Shown in pieces: positions 47,933 to 61,280 of a stretch of DNA of 64,000 bases. Made by a program: the position numbers and the translations under genes. Origin of the DNA: Mobula hypostoma (taxonomy: Eukaryota); assembly GCF_963921235.1 (NCBI RefSeq), contig NC_086097.1:32862001-32926000 (forward strand). The letters run 5' to 3'. The notes under the pieces were generated by a model. The model saw only the letters and a program-made list of their open reading frames with translations, was not told the DNA's origin and did not search any database. Position 1 is the first letter of the stretch; every line of letters begins with the position of its first letter.

Positions 47933-49609
47933 GCCAAAATTTTATGATTTATGTCATTGATAATAACCATGATTCTGAAAGGAGTTGTCAACATTTTGGG
48001 TCAGAACCCTGAATCACGAATTACATCAACTGCCTCAACTTCTCCAATCCATTCACCTATTCTAATCTCACCCCCTTCAGTTGCACAGTCCTTCATTCAC
48101 ATTGCACCTAGTCATCAAACTGACTACCTCGTGTTAGCTGACATGACGTGTATTTCCAGCATTTCAGGTTTTCACTGTTATGGTTCTGGTCTGCCTTTTT
48201 GTGCCAGTCTGGGGGCTTTGTGAGGCTGCAAGGTTCCCCGATCATCTGTAGGCATGCTGAATGCCTTCTAATGTTGCTCCACCTCTTTTCTGTAGTGATG
48301 CTCTTTCCCTTGTTGAGCTGTGGATGGTATGACAGTTGGCTAAAGGCACAGCTTCTGTATCGAAAAATATTTTAAAATTTGTTCTGTCCTGATTCAGCAA
48401 TAGGCATTCGTGTATGTATTTGCAAATAAAGGAGATACTGTTTAAAAGAGAAAAGGAAAAATATATAAAGCTTCAGGAGTTGGGATCAAACGAAGCACAC
48501 GAGGAGAGTAAAGAAGTCAGAAAAGGACTCAGAGGGAATTAGGAAAGCCAAGAGAGGCCATGAAAAGTGCTTGGCAAGTAGGATCGAGGTGAATCCCAAG
48601 GCATTCTACTCATGCATCAAGGATAAAGAGGGGAACGTTTGCTTGGTTGCAGAGAATGTGAATGAGGTACAATGAATACTTTGCTTCAGTATTTATCAAG
48701 GAAGAGGATTTGGAGGACCAGGAGAGGAGTGCTGAGAGTATAACTACATTAGGGTGTTTAGAAGTCAAGGAGGAGGAAGTTTTGGGCTTCCTAGTGAGTA
48801 CTAAGGTGGATAGGTCCCCAGAGCCTCATTGGATTTACCCCATGTTATTGAAGGAGGCAAGAAATGAGATTGCTGGGCCCTTGGCCAGTACCTTTGTATC
48901 CATTCTAGCCACAGATGAGGTCCTAGAGGACTGGGGAGTGCGTAATGTTGTACCTCTATTTAAGAAGGGGAAAAACTTGGGAACGAAAGACTGGTGAGTC
49001 TCACATCAGTTGTAGGGAAATTCTTAGGGATGGGATATATGAGCATTTGGAAACCCATGGCCTAATGAGGGAGAGCCAGCATGGCTTTGTGTATGTCAAG
49101 TCATGCCTTAGCAACTTGATTGAGTTTTTTGACAAGGTAATGAGAGAGATTGATGAGGGTAGGACAGTGAATTGTTGTGTACATGGATTACGGTAAGGCG
49201 TTTGACAAAATCTCTCATGGGGGGCTAATCCAGAAGATTAGGATGCATGGGGTCTGGAGCAAATTGTCTGTTTTGATTCAGAACTGGCTTGCACATAGAA
49301 GACAGGGTGGTGGTTGAAGGGACTTATTTAAACTGAAGGTGTATAATTAGTGGAGATCCGCAGGGATCTGTGCTGGGGCCTTTGCTATTTGTGATGTATG
49401 TAAATGACCTGGATGAAAATGTAGATGTATGGGTGAATAAATTTGTGGATGATGCCAAGTTTGGTGGAGTTGTGGATAGTGTAGAAAACTGACAAGGAAT
49501 ACAGCACGATATAGATAATTGCAGATATGGGCTGAGAAATAGCAGATGGAGTTTAACCCAGATAAATGTGAGGTGTTTCACCTCAATAGGGCAAATACAA
49601 GGACCTATG

Positions 49610-49875
49610 TCCAGTTCCCTTTTGCCTATCAACTGTCTAGCTCTTGGCTCCATCCCTCCCCCTCCTGTCTTCTCCTATCATTTCGGATCTCCCCCTCCCT
49701 CTCCCACTTTCAAATCTCTTACTAGCTCTTCTTTCAGTTAGTCCTGACGAAGGGTCTCGGCCTGAAACGTCGAATGTACCTCTTCCTAGAGATGCTGCCT
49801 GGCCTGCTGCGTTCACCAGCAACTTTTATGTGTGTTGCTTGAAATTCCAGCATCTGCAAATTTCCTCGTGTTTGT
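49610..49875 (+). mobile_element. Solo Penelope pseudo-LTR with hammerhead
   Basis: 8-bp TSD GACCTATG (49602-49609 / 49876-49883); very similar to 22800-23067. Confidence 0.88.
49735..49776 (+). ncRNA. Minimal type-I hammerhead ribozyme (core intact, one stem I mismatch)
   Basis: CAGTTAGTC-CTGACGA-AGGGTCTCGGCCT-GAAAC-GTC-GAATG. Confidence 0.68.
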
Positions 49876-50737
49876 GACCTATGACTGTGTTGCCATCCAC
49901 AGTTCCAATATCTGCTAATTAAATTTGCTGATGATACTACATTGATTGGCCTTATCTCAAATAATAACGAGGCAGCCTACAAAGAAGAAGCCATCACCCT
50001 GACACAGCGGTGTCAAGAAAACAATGTCGCAAAAACAAAGGAGTTGGTTGTGGAGTACCGGAGGAATGGAGACAGGCTAACCCCTCTTGATATCAATGGA
50101 TCTGGAGTTGAGAGGGTGTACAGCTTTAAGTTTCTTGGCATACACATCACTGAGGATCTCACGTGGTCTGTACATACCGGTTGTGTGCTGGAAAAAGCAC
50201 AACAGCACCTCTTTCACCTCAAACTGTTGAAGAAGTTTGGTATGAGTCCCCAAATCTAAGGACTTTTTACAGGGAGACAATTGAGAGCATCCTGACTGGC
50301 TGCGTCACTGCCTAGTATGGGAACTGTACTTCCCTCAATCATATGACTCTGCAGAGAGTGGTGTGGACAGCCCAGCGCATCAGTAGATGTCAACTTCCCA
50401 TGATTTAGGACATTTACAGAGACAGGTGTGTAAAAAGGGCCTGAAGCATCATTGGGGACCCATGTCACCCCAACCACAAACTGTTCCAGCTGCTACCAAC
50501 CAGGAAATGGTACCGCAGCATAAAAACTAGGACCCACAGGCTCCAGGACAGCTTCTTGCACCAGGCAATCAGACTGATTAATTCATGCTGATACAATTGA
50601 ATTTCTATGCTATATTGACAGTTGTACGTACTATTTATTGCAAATTACTATAAATCGTACATTTAGACAGACGTAACGTAAAGATTTTTTACTCCTCATG
50701 GATGTAAGAAATAAAGTCAATTCAATCATTCAATTCA
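49876..50737 (+). mobile_element. Rex1/Babar LINE 3' part (family of 38503-40930)
   Basis: KFADDTTLIGLISNNNEAAY...SFKFLGIHITEDLTWS; CAATT tail. Confidence 0.88.
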
Positions 50738-52249
50738 CAGACAGTACACTATTAAGGGCAAGATCCTTAACAGTGTAGCTGAGCAGAGAACTTGGGATCC
50801 AAGTTCATAGCTCCTTTAAAGTGGCTACACAAGGTGATAAGGTCGTTAAGAAGGCTTATGGAATACTTGCTTTTATTAGTAAGGCATTGAGTTCAAAAGT
50901 CAGAATGTTATGTTGCAATTTTATAAAATTCTGGTTAGGCCACAGATCAAGTATTGTGTACAGCTCTGGTTGCTTCACTATAGGAAGGATGAGAGGGTGC
51001 AGAAAAGGTTTATCAGGATGCTGACTGGTTTAGAGGGCATATGCTATTGCGAGCAGCTGAATAAACTTAGGTTGTTTTCTCTAGAGCACCAGAGGCTGAG
51101 GGGAGATCTGAAGGAGGTTTCCAAGATTATGAGAGGCAAAGATGAAGTGGACAGAGAGTATCTTTTCCTCAGAGTTGAAATGTCTCGTACCAGAAGGGGT
51201 AGGTTCAAAGGGGATGTGAGGTTTTTTTTTTACTCACAGTCACTGACGCCTGGAACATGCTGCCCAGTATGAGCATAGGATATAAGAGCAGAATTCGGCC
51301 ATTTGGCCCATTGAGTCTGCTCCGCCATTTCATCACGGCTAATCCAATTTTGCTGTCAGCCCCAATCTACCATTCCCCCCATATCCCTTCATGTCCTGAC
51401 TAATGAACCTCAGCCTTAAATATACATAAAGACTTGGTCTCCACAGCTGCCTGTGGCAAAGAATTCCACCAATTCACCACTCTCTGGCAAAAGAAATTCC
51501 TCTTCATCTCTGTTCTAAAAGGACGACCCTCTATTCTGAGGCTGTCCTCTGGTGTTAGACTCTCCCACCATAGGAAACATCCTCTCCACATCCATTCTAT
51601 CAAGGCCTTTCACCATTCAACAGGTTTCAACGAGGTCACCCCTAATTCTTCTGAATTCCAGTGAATACAAGCCCAGAGCTATCATATGCTCTTCATATGA
51701 CAAGAAATTCAATCCTGGAATCATTTTCATGACTCTCGTTTGAACCCTCTCCAGTTTCAACACATCCTTTCAAAGATAAGGGGCCCAAAACTGCTCACAA
51801 GACTCCAAGTGAGGCCTCACCAGTGCCTTATAAAGTCTCAACATTACACCTCTGCTTTTATACTCTAGTCCTCTTGAAATGAATGCTAACATTGCACTTG
51901 CCTTCCTCACCACATACTCAACCTGTAAATCAACTTTTAGGGAATTCCACACAAGGTTTCCCAAGTCCCTTTGGTGGTATGGTGGTAGAGGCAAATATGT
52001 TAGGGGCTTTTAAGAGATGCATGTATGTAAAGAAGACGGAGGGATTAGTAATTTGCTTTTTAGTTGATTTGGCAATACACTGTGGATCGAATGGCCTATT
52101 CCTGTGCTATTCTATGTGCTGTTCTATGTTCTAAGTATTAAACCACAAGAAAGCAGTTTATTAGAGTTATATAAAACATGGAATGAAGAAAAGAAAACAA
52201 ATGGTTAATAAAGTTGCTGTACAGAAAAAACAAATTGACGCTTACCATA

Positions 52250-53470
52250 AACACAAGAAATTCTGCAGATGCTGGAAATCCAGGATATTACACACAAGAT
52301 GCTGGAAGAACTCAGCAGATCAGGCAGCATCTATGAAAATTAATAATCAGTTGGTGTTTTGAGTTGAGACCCTTCATCAGGACTGGAAAGGAAGGTGGTA
52401 GATACCAGAATTAAAAAGGTGGGTTTTATAACCATATAACCATATAACAATTACAGCAGGGAAACAGGCCATCTCGGCCCTTCTAGTCGGTGCCGAACTC
52501 TTACTCTCACCTAGTCCGACCGACCTTCACTCAGCCCATAACCCTCTATTCCTTTCCTGTCCATCTATCTATCCAATTTAACTTTCAACGATAACATCGA
52601 ACCTGCCTCAACCACTTCTGCTGGAAGCCCATTCCACACAGCCACCATTCTCTGAGTAAAGAAGTTCCCCCTCATGTTACCCCTAAACTTTTGCCCTTTA
52701 ATTCTCAACTCATGTCCTCTTGTTTGAATCTCCCCCATTCTCAATGGAAAAAGCCTATCCTCGTCAACTCTATCAATCCCCCTCATAATTTTAAACACCT
52801 CTATCAAGTCCCCCCTCAACCTTCTACGCTCCAAAGAATAAAGACCTAACTTGTTCAACCTTTCTCTGTAATTTAGGAGATGAAACCCAGGCAACATTTT
52901 AGTAAACCTCCTCCGTACTCTCTCAATTTTATTGACATCTTTCCTATAATTCGGTGACCAGAACTGTACACAATACTCCAAATTTGGCCTTACCAATGCC
53001 TGTACAATTTCAACATTACATCCCAACTCCTATACTCAATGCTCTGATTTATAAAGTCTAGCATACCAAAAGCTTTGGGTAAGGAATACTGTCTAAAATG
53101 TAATAGGTGAAACCAGGTAGTTGGGAAAGATAAAAGGCTGGAGGAGAAGGAATCTGATAAAGAGAGGAGAGTGAACCACGGGTGAAAGGGAAGAAGGGGG
53201 AGGTGATAGGTAGCTTAAGGGAAGAGGTAAGAAGCCAGAGTGGGGAATAGAAGAAGAGGGAAGGTGGGGGTGAAGAAAAAAAATACTGGAGGAGAAATAA
53301 TTGTTTATGCCATCATGTTGAAGGCTACTTAGATAAAACATGAGATGTTGCTCCTCCATCCTGAAAGTGGTTTATCATTTTAGAAGAGGCTATGGGCCAC
53401 TGTCAAAACAGGAATGGGGATAGGAATTAATATGGTTTGCCTTTATAAAATGATGTTTTTGGTGATGGAG
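52250..53470 (-). mobile_element. Penelope-like 3' remnant split by a CR1 insertion
   Basis: EEQHLMFYLSSLQHDGIN (ORF 53093-53359); pLTR with decayed hammerhead at ~52348-52386. Confidence 0.75.
52427..53076 (-). mobile_element. Young CR1 3' end (family of 60198-61280)
   Basis: Clean ORF 52565-53026; (TATATGGT)n tail. Confidence 0.92.
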
Positions 53471-54199
53471 CAGAGGTGCTTAATACTTATCTCCTACGAA
53501 ATGAGCTGATCTACAGTCATTGCAACCATTTTTCTCTTTCTTTCTCCTTTGACATATTCTTGCCCTCAAGACATACTTGTCCCTATTTTCTCCAACTCTA
53601 TCACTAGCACTGTACTAAGAGAGGATTCCCCTTTTCCTCCCGCTCTCTCACCCTCCTCTCTCTCCCTTGCACAAAGGAATTGCCATTTTTATGCCCTTCA
53701 AAACCCCTTACATGAGCACTTTCTCTTGAAATGCCCTTGCATTTGGTACGCGCACCTGCACAATGACCTCACCTTTCCCAGACAAACATGTTTTTCACGA
53801 TTATCCACTATTATGGCTGTAGACTTGTACTCTCTTAACTTTGTCAAAACATTGCTTATCTTGTACTTTCTCAAAACAATCCCACTCCAAGTTAATACCA
53901 TTTTGCCTACAGACTTCCATTTTATTTTAGCATATTATCAAGGAGAAATCACATTTCACTCTTTCCTTTCAGCTTATTACCGATTATCTTGTAGCTGTGC
54001 ACAACATGTCCCAGACAGCAAAACCCGTTTAGCCTGTGTAGATCATTAGGTGATCTCTCAAGAATCTCACTGATGATTTTAAAGTTCCCAATGAGATGAG
54101 GCATTGGACTGATCAGAGTCTGATAACTTTGTTAAGGACTGATCCAGAATGACTCATCTGATTGACCTGTTTTTTTCAAGAAGGTAATAAAGTGTATTA

Positions 54200-57100
54200 G
54201 AACATAGTAAACCTACAGCACAGTACAAGCCCTTCGGCCCACAAAGTTGTGCCGAACATGTCTGTACCTTAGAACTACCTAGGCTTACCCATAGCCCTCT
54301 ATTTTTCTAAGCTCCATGTACCTATCCAGGAGCCTCTTAAAAGACCCTATCATTTCCACCACCGCCACAGGCAGCCCATTCCACACACTCACCACTCTCT
54401 GCAGAAAAAAACATGCCCCTGACATCTCCTCTGTACCTGCTTCCAAGCACTTTAAAACTATGCCCTCTTGCCATTTCAACCCTGGGAAAAAGCCTCTGTC
54501 TATACACACGATAAATGCCTCTCATTATCTTGTACACCTCTATCAGGTCACCTCTCACCCTCCGTCGCTCCAAGGAGAAAACACCGAGTTCACTCAACCT
54601 ATTCTCAAGGCATGCTCCCCAATCCAGGCAACAAGACAAGAATAGACTCCAAAGAACCGTCAGGGCTGCGGAAAGGATTATTGGTGTGAAGCTGCCCTCG
54701 ATCCAGGTATACATCTAGAGTCAGGAAGCAAGCAAGCAGCATCATTGTCGACCCATCACACCCTGGACATCACCTGTTCCAACTCCTTCCTTCTGGTAGG
54801 CGCTTTAGATCACTGTATGCCAGGACAAATAGGTGCAAGAACAACTTCTTTCCGTATGCCATCAGTCTTATGAACACTTGAATTTTAGTCCATTATAAAC
54901 CAAATCCACCTGTCCATACACAGGTATACCTCATTGTATATAGTTCACGATTATTTGCACTATTGTTTGTTTTTTTTGATTCTGTAGAACGAGAGCTCAG
55001 GGAAACTGGCATCAAATTCCCTGTATGTGTCCACATACTTGGCAATAATAAAGGATTCTGATTCTGATCCTTGTAAATCTCTCTGCATCCTTTCTATGGT
55101 TTCCACATCCTTCCTGTAGTGAGGTGACCAGAATTGAGCACAGTACTCCAAGTGGGATCTGACCAGGGTTCTATATAGTTGCAACATTACCTCTCGGCTC
55201 TTAAACTCAGTCCCACAGTTGATGAAGGCCAATGCATTGTATGCCTTCTTAACCACAGAGTTAACCTGCATAGCAGTTTAGCGTGTCCTATAGACTTGGA
55301 CCCCAAGATCCCTCTGATCCTCCACACTGCCAAGAGTCTTGCCATTAATGCTACATTTTGCCATCATATTTGACCTACCAAAATGAACCTCCTCACACTT
55401 ATCTGGGTTGAACTCCATCTGCCACTTCTCAGTCCAGTGTTGCATCCTATCAATGTCCCGCTGTAATCTCTGACAGCCCTCCACACTATCCACAACACCC
55501 CCAACCTTTGTATCATCAGCAAGTTTACTAACCCATCCCTCCACTTCCTCATCCAGGTCATTTATAAAAATCACGAAGAGTAGGAGTCCCAGAACAGATC
55601 CCTGAGGCACACCTTTTGCTCTTCACATACTTGTAGAATGTCTTGGGGTTTTCCTTAATCCTGTCTTCCAAGGCCATCTCATGGCCCCTTCTGGCTCTCC
55701 CAATTTCATTCTTAAACTCCTTCCTACTAACCTTATAATCTTATAGCTATCTATCATTACCTAGTTTTTTGAACCTTTCATAAGCTCTTCTTTTCTTCTT
55801 GACTAGATTTACAATAGCTTCTGTACGTTTCCCTGAGAACATCTGTTTCCAATTTATGCTTCCAAGTTCCTGCTTGATAGCCTCATATTTCCCCTTACTC
55901 CAATTAAACGCTTCCCTAACTTGTCTGTTCCTCTCCCTCTCCAATGCTCTGGTAAAGGAGATAGAATTGTGATAACTATCTCCAAAATGCTCTCCCAGTG
56001 AGAGACCTGACACCTGACCAGGTTCATTTCCCAATACCACATCAAGTACAGCCTCTCCTCTTGTAGGCTTATCTACATATTGTGTCAAGAAACCTTCCTG
56101 AACACACCTAAAAAAAACTCCACCCCATCTAAACCCCTCACTATAGAGATGCCAATCAATATTTGGGAAATTAAAATCTTCCATCACAATAACCCAGTTA
56201 TTATTACACTTTTGCAGAATCTGTCTCCCTATCTGCTCCTCGATGCCCCTGTTACTATTGGGTTGTCTATAAAAAGACAACCCTTCCTATTCCTAACTTC
56301 CAGCCACAGAGACTCCGTAGACAACCCCTACATGACTTCCTCCTTTTCTGTAGCCATGACACTATCCCTGAACAACAGTGCCATGTCCCCACCTCTTCTG
56401 CCTCTTTCCCTGTCTTTTCAGAAACATCTAAAGCCTGGCACTTGAAGTAGCCATTCCTGTTCCTGCACAATCCAAGTTTCTGTAATGGCCACAACATCGT
56501 AGCTCCAAGTGCTGATCCACGCTCTAAGCTCATCTGCTTTATTCATAGTACTCCTCGCATTAAAATAAACATATCTCAAACCATCGGTCTGAACGCGTCC
56601 CTTCTCTATCACCTGCCTATCCTCCCTTTCACACTCTCCAAGCTTTCTTGATTTGTGAGCCAACCTCCCTTTCCTCTGTCACATCAGTTCGGTTCCCACC
56701 CCCCAGCAATTCTACTTTAAACTCCCCCCAATAGCCTTAGCAAACCTCCTCACCAGGATATTGGACCCCTGGGATTCAAGTGCAACCCATCCTTTTTGTA
56801 CAGGTCACACCTGCCCCAAAAGAGGTCCCAATGATCCAGAAATCTGAATCCCTGCCCCCTGCTCCAGTCCCTCAGCCATGCATTTATCCTCCGCCTCATT
56901 CTATTCCTATACTCACTGTCACGTGGCACAGGCAGTAATCCTGAGATGACTGCCTTTGTGGTCCTGCTTCTCAACTTCCTTCCTAACTCCCTGTAGTCTG
57001 TTTTCAGGACCTCCTCCCTTTTCCTTCCTATGTCATTGCTACCAATATGTATCACGACCTCTAGCTGTTCTCTTTTCCACTTCAAGATACCGTGGATGTG

Positions 57101-57770
57101 ATCAGAAACATCCAGGACCCTGGCACCTGGGAGGCAAACTACCATCCACGTTTCTTTCCTGCGTCCACAGAATCGCCTGTCTGACCCTCTAAATGTAGAG
57201 TCCCCTATCACTGCTGCCATCCTTTTCCTTTCCCTACCCTTCTGAGCCACAGGGCCAGACTCTGCCAGAGGTGGGACCACTGTTGTTCCCCCAGGTAGGC
57301 CGTCTACCCCAACAGTACTCAAGCAGAAGTACTTATTGTTAAGGGGGACAGTCACAGGGATGCTCTCCAGCCTCTGACTCCTGCCCTTCCCTCTCCTGAC
57401 TGTTACCCACTTTTCTGTCTCCCCAGGCCCCGGTGTGACTACCTGCCTATAGCTGCTCTCTATCACCTCCTCACTCTCCCTGACCAGACGAAGGTCATCG
57501 AGCTGCATCTCCAGTTCCCTAACAGCAGCTCAATGCACCTGGTGCAGATGTGGCCGTCTGTGAGGCTGGGAGTCTCCTGGACCTCCCACATCCGACACTG
57601 AGCACAGAAAACCAGTCTCACACACATACTTTCTGTCTGTATTCTACACAGATAACCTACCTCGCCTCGACCTGTTATCGCCAAAGCCTCGTTGAGCCAA
57701 AGCCTTCCTACTCTGTCTCCCTCTACTCCTGCACCCGCTGTTTAAATCTGTCTTCTTTTTAAACTCTTCT
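54200..57770 (-). mobile_element. Near full-length but internally deleted CR1 LINE (ORF1 zinc finger + SGNH esterase; ORF2 APE + RT)
   Basis: CAQCRMWE...HICTRC; VIGDS, CLPGA, HIGSND, DGLHLN esterase blocks; YFNARS...VVAITETW; PQGSVLG...KLADDTK. The N-terminal RT portion is missing near 55612. Confidence 0.92.
54634..55067 (+). mobile_element. Rex1/Babar-like 3' fragment inserted in CR1
   Basis: RLQRTVRAAERIIGVKLPSIQ; AATAAA followed by a (GATTCT)n tail. Confidence 0.82.
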
Positions 57771-58423
57771 AAAGTATTGATGAGGATCATGCTGTCGATG
57801 TGGCTTACATGGACTTCTTTCAGGCTTTTGACAATGTCTCATGTGGGAAGTTGGTCCCAAGGTTAGGGCACATGGGATTCAAAGCAAGTTGGAAATTGGA
57901 TCCTATTGGCTTGGCAACAGGAATTTGAGAGTGATGTTTTTAAAGGTGGATGCAGGAGGCATGAGCAATATATTCCCAGATAACATGAAGACTCGAGTTA
58001 TTAACAGGGTGGAGGGTAGCCGTGGGTTACAAGGTGATGTTGGTGAAATGGTAGATGGAACTTAAGCCTGATGAGGTGAGGTGTGCATTTTGGGGGTACA
58101 AATGAGTCTAGGGCAAAATATGATTGGCAGGGTCCTAAGGGGTACTGAGGAACTAGGGACTTTGTACAAGTCTAAAGATCCTTGAAGGTGCTAGTGCAGG
58201 TAGATAGGGCAAGACAGCACTTGGGATACTCGCTTTCAACCGTCAGGGTACTGTAAACAAGTGCAGGCTGGTTATGCTCCACCTTCGTAAACCATTGTTT
58301 GGGTTTCAGCTTGAATATTGTATGTAGTTCTGATCAGCTTACTGAAAGTAAAATGCTGCAGTGCTGAAGAGGCTGCATGGGAGATTCCCTAGGATGTTGC
58401 CTTGCAGCACCATGTTAGTGTTA

Positions 58424-58700
58424 AGGGGCGCCATTATAGTGTAGTGGTTAGCATGATGCTATTACAGCTTGGGATGTGGAGTTTGTAGTTCAATTCCGGT
58501 GTCCTGTGTAAGGAAGTTTGTAGTCTTCCCATGTGCATGTGGGTTTCCTCTGGGTGGACCAGTTTCCTCCCACATTCCAAAAATGTACCAGTTAGTAGGT
58601 TAATTGGCCATTGTAAACTGTCCCGTGAAGAGACTAAGGTTAAATTAGGCAGTGCAGGTTGTTGGGCCAGGTGCTGTATCTCTGAATAAATAAATAAATA
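58424..58700 (+). mobile_element. V-SINE-type tRNA SINE
   Basis: TAGTGTAGTGG A box, AGTTCAATTCC B box, TTTCCTCCCACATTCCAAA domain, (AATA)n tail. Confidence 0.78.
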
Positions 58701-59671
58701 GAGCTTTTTCAGTTATGAGGAAAGATGACAGAGTCAGAGACTATTTCAACACGGAAACGTGTTGTTTTGGTCAATTTATCTATGTTGACCACCAAGCTAC
58801 TCACATTTGCCCACATTTGGCCCATTTCCCTTTAAACCCCTCCTATCCAAGAACTTATTCTATTATCTTTTAAATGTTGTTAATGTACCTATTTCAATTA
58901 TTTCTTCTGGCAGCTCATTCCATACATATTCTGCATGACAAAGTCATCCTTTGGGCCCCTTTTAATTATTTTCCTCTCACCTTAAACTGATGACCTCCAG
59001 TTTGCAGTACCCCTTCCCTGTGAAAAAGACTGTGTGCTTTCACCCTATCTATATCTCATGATTTTATATACCTCTATAAGATCACGTCTCAGTCTCCTTT
59101 ATTCCAATGAATAAAGTTCTAGCCTGTTCATCTTCTCCCTCTAACTGAAACCTTTGAGTCCCAGATCTTCTCTACATTCTTTCCAGTTTAATTGGATGAC
59201 TAAAACTGTACATAATGTTCCAAGTGCAACTGCACTTATACAACTGCAGCATAACATGCAAACGCCATACTCATTGCCCTGACTGCTGAAGGCTAGCATG
59301 CAGCTGCCCTCTTTACCACCCTATCTACCTGTGACATTGCTTTCAGTGAACTATGCACTTGTACTCCATGGTCCCTTTGTTCTCCAACAGTCCCCAGCAC
59401 TAACTTGGTTTGATTTCCAAAATAGCAGCACTTGGTACTTGTCCAACTTGAAAGCTATTTGCCAACCCTCAGCCCACATGCAAAGCTGATCAAGATCTCC
59501 CTATGATTTTTCATAACTAATGTAAAATGCTACCTAATGGTGTCTTGTGCATTTGCATCCACATTGTTTCTATTAATAACGAACGACAAAGGTCCCAGCA
59601 CACCACTAGTCTAAGAAAGAACCTTCAACCATCACTCTCTGCTTTCTACCTTTGAGCCATTTGGTTGTTTA

Positions 59672-59960
59672 CTTATTTATATTTATTTAGTGATACTGCA
59701 TAGAGTTGGCCCATCTGGCCTTTTGAGCCATGCCGCCCCAGCGACCCCGCAACCCTGATTAACTGTAACCCAATCATGGGACAATTTATAATGACCAATT
59801 AGCCTATCTGGTACGTCTTTGCATTGTGGGAGGAAACTGGAGCACCTGGAAAAAACACATGTTCCATGAGGAGGACTTACAGAACAGCGCTGGAATTGAA
59901 CTCCGAATTCCGGAAAGCTTCAGCCTGTAACAGCTTCGTGCTAACCACTGCGCTACCGTG
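59672..59960 (-). mobile_element. V-SINE-type tRNA SINE
   Basis: Reverse strand CACGGTAGCGCAGTGGTTAGCACG head, GAGTTCAATTCC box and central domain. Confidence 0.8.
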
Positions 59961-60197
59961 GAATTATGAATCGGCTTAGCTTTTTTTTTCCTTGCATGCC
60001 TTGGGGTCTAACCTTCCGGATTAGCCTGTCATGAGGTATATTGTTAAAGGCCTCGTTAAAGTCCGTTTGGTCAACATCCTGCCTTTGGTAACCTCTTCAA
60101 ATCAAAAATTCTGAGATTTGTCAGACACAAGTTCCCATCTACGAAGTGGTGCTGACTATCCCTAATTAGACCTTATTTATCCAAATATTGGTAGATC

Positions 60198-61280
60198 ATA
60201 TAACCATGTAACAATTACAGCACGGAAACAGGCCATCTTGGCCCTTCTAGTCCGTGCCAAACGCTTACTCTCACCTAGTCCCACCGACCTGCACTCAGCC
60301 CATAACCCTCCATTCCTTTCCTGCCTCTATCACTTCTACTGGAAGCTCATTCCACGCAGCCACCACTCTCTGAGTAAAGAAGTTCCCCCTCGTGTTACCC
60401 CTAAACTTTTGCCCCCTAACTCTCAACTCATGTCCTCTTGTTTGAAACCCCCCTACTCTCAATGGAAAAAGCCTATCCACGTCAACGCTATCTATCCCCC
60501 TCATAATTTTAAATACCTCTATCAAGTCTCCCCTCAACCTTCTATGTTCCAAAGAATAAAGATCTAACTTGTTCAACCTTTCTCTGTAACTCAGGTGCTG
60601 AAACCCAAATAACATTCTAGTAAATCTTCTCTGTACTCTCTCTATTTTGTTGACATCTTTCCAATAATTCGGTGACTGTACACAGTACTCCAAATTTGGC
60701 CTTACTAATACCTTGTACAATTTTAACATTACATCCCAACTCCTATACTCAATGCTCTGATTTATAAAGGCCAGCATACCAAAAGCTTTTTTCACCACCC
60801 TATCTACATGAGATTCCACCTTCAGGGAACTATGCACCATTATTCCTAGATCACTCTGTTCTACTGAATTCTTCAATGCCCTACCATTTTCCATGCATGT
60901 CCTATTTTGATTAGTCCTACCAAAATGTAGCACCTCACACTTATCAGCATTAAACTCCATCTGCCATCTTTCAGCCCCCTCTTCGAACTGGCCTAAATCT
61001 CTCTGCAAGCTTTGAAAACCTGCTTCATTATCCACAACACCACCTATCTTAGTATCATCTGCATACTTACTAATCCAATTTACCACCCCATCATCCAGAT
61101 CATTATATGGCAAACAACATTGGACCCAGTACAGATCCACTAGTCACCGGCTTCCAACCTGGCAAACAGTTATCCACCACTACTCTCTAGCATCTCCCAT
61201 CCAGCCATTGTTGAATCCATTTTACTCGTTCAATATTAATACCTAACGATTGAACCTTCCTAACTAACCTTCCGTGTGGA
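60198..61280 (-). mobile_element. Young CR1 RT/3' end nested in an older CR1 (~58730-62130)
   Basis: ORF 60295-61140: ISKYADDTKIGG...EYCVQSPNY...FFTQRVVAAWNELP. Confidence 0.92.

Larger units (their letters stand above)
48430..52132 (+). mobile_element. CR1 LINE ORF2 with nested Rex1, Penelope pLTR and an antisense CR1 (51270-51970)
   Basis: [38 protein letters not shown]; sequence resumes at ~50738 and ~51972. Confidence 0.82.

Noticed and set aside
56750..57508. Host GDSL lipase/esterase gene
   Set aside because: It sits directly upstream of an APE-RT ORF2 and CR1 tail, so it is CR1 ORF1.
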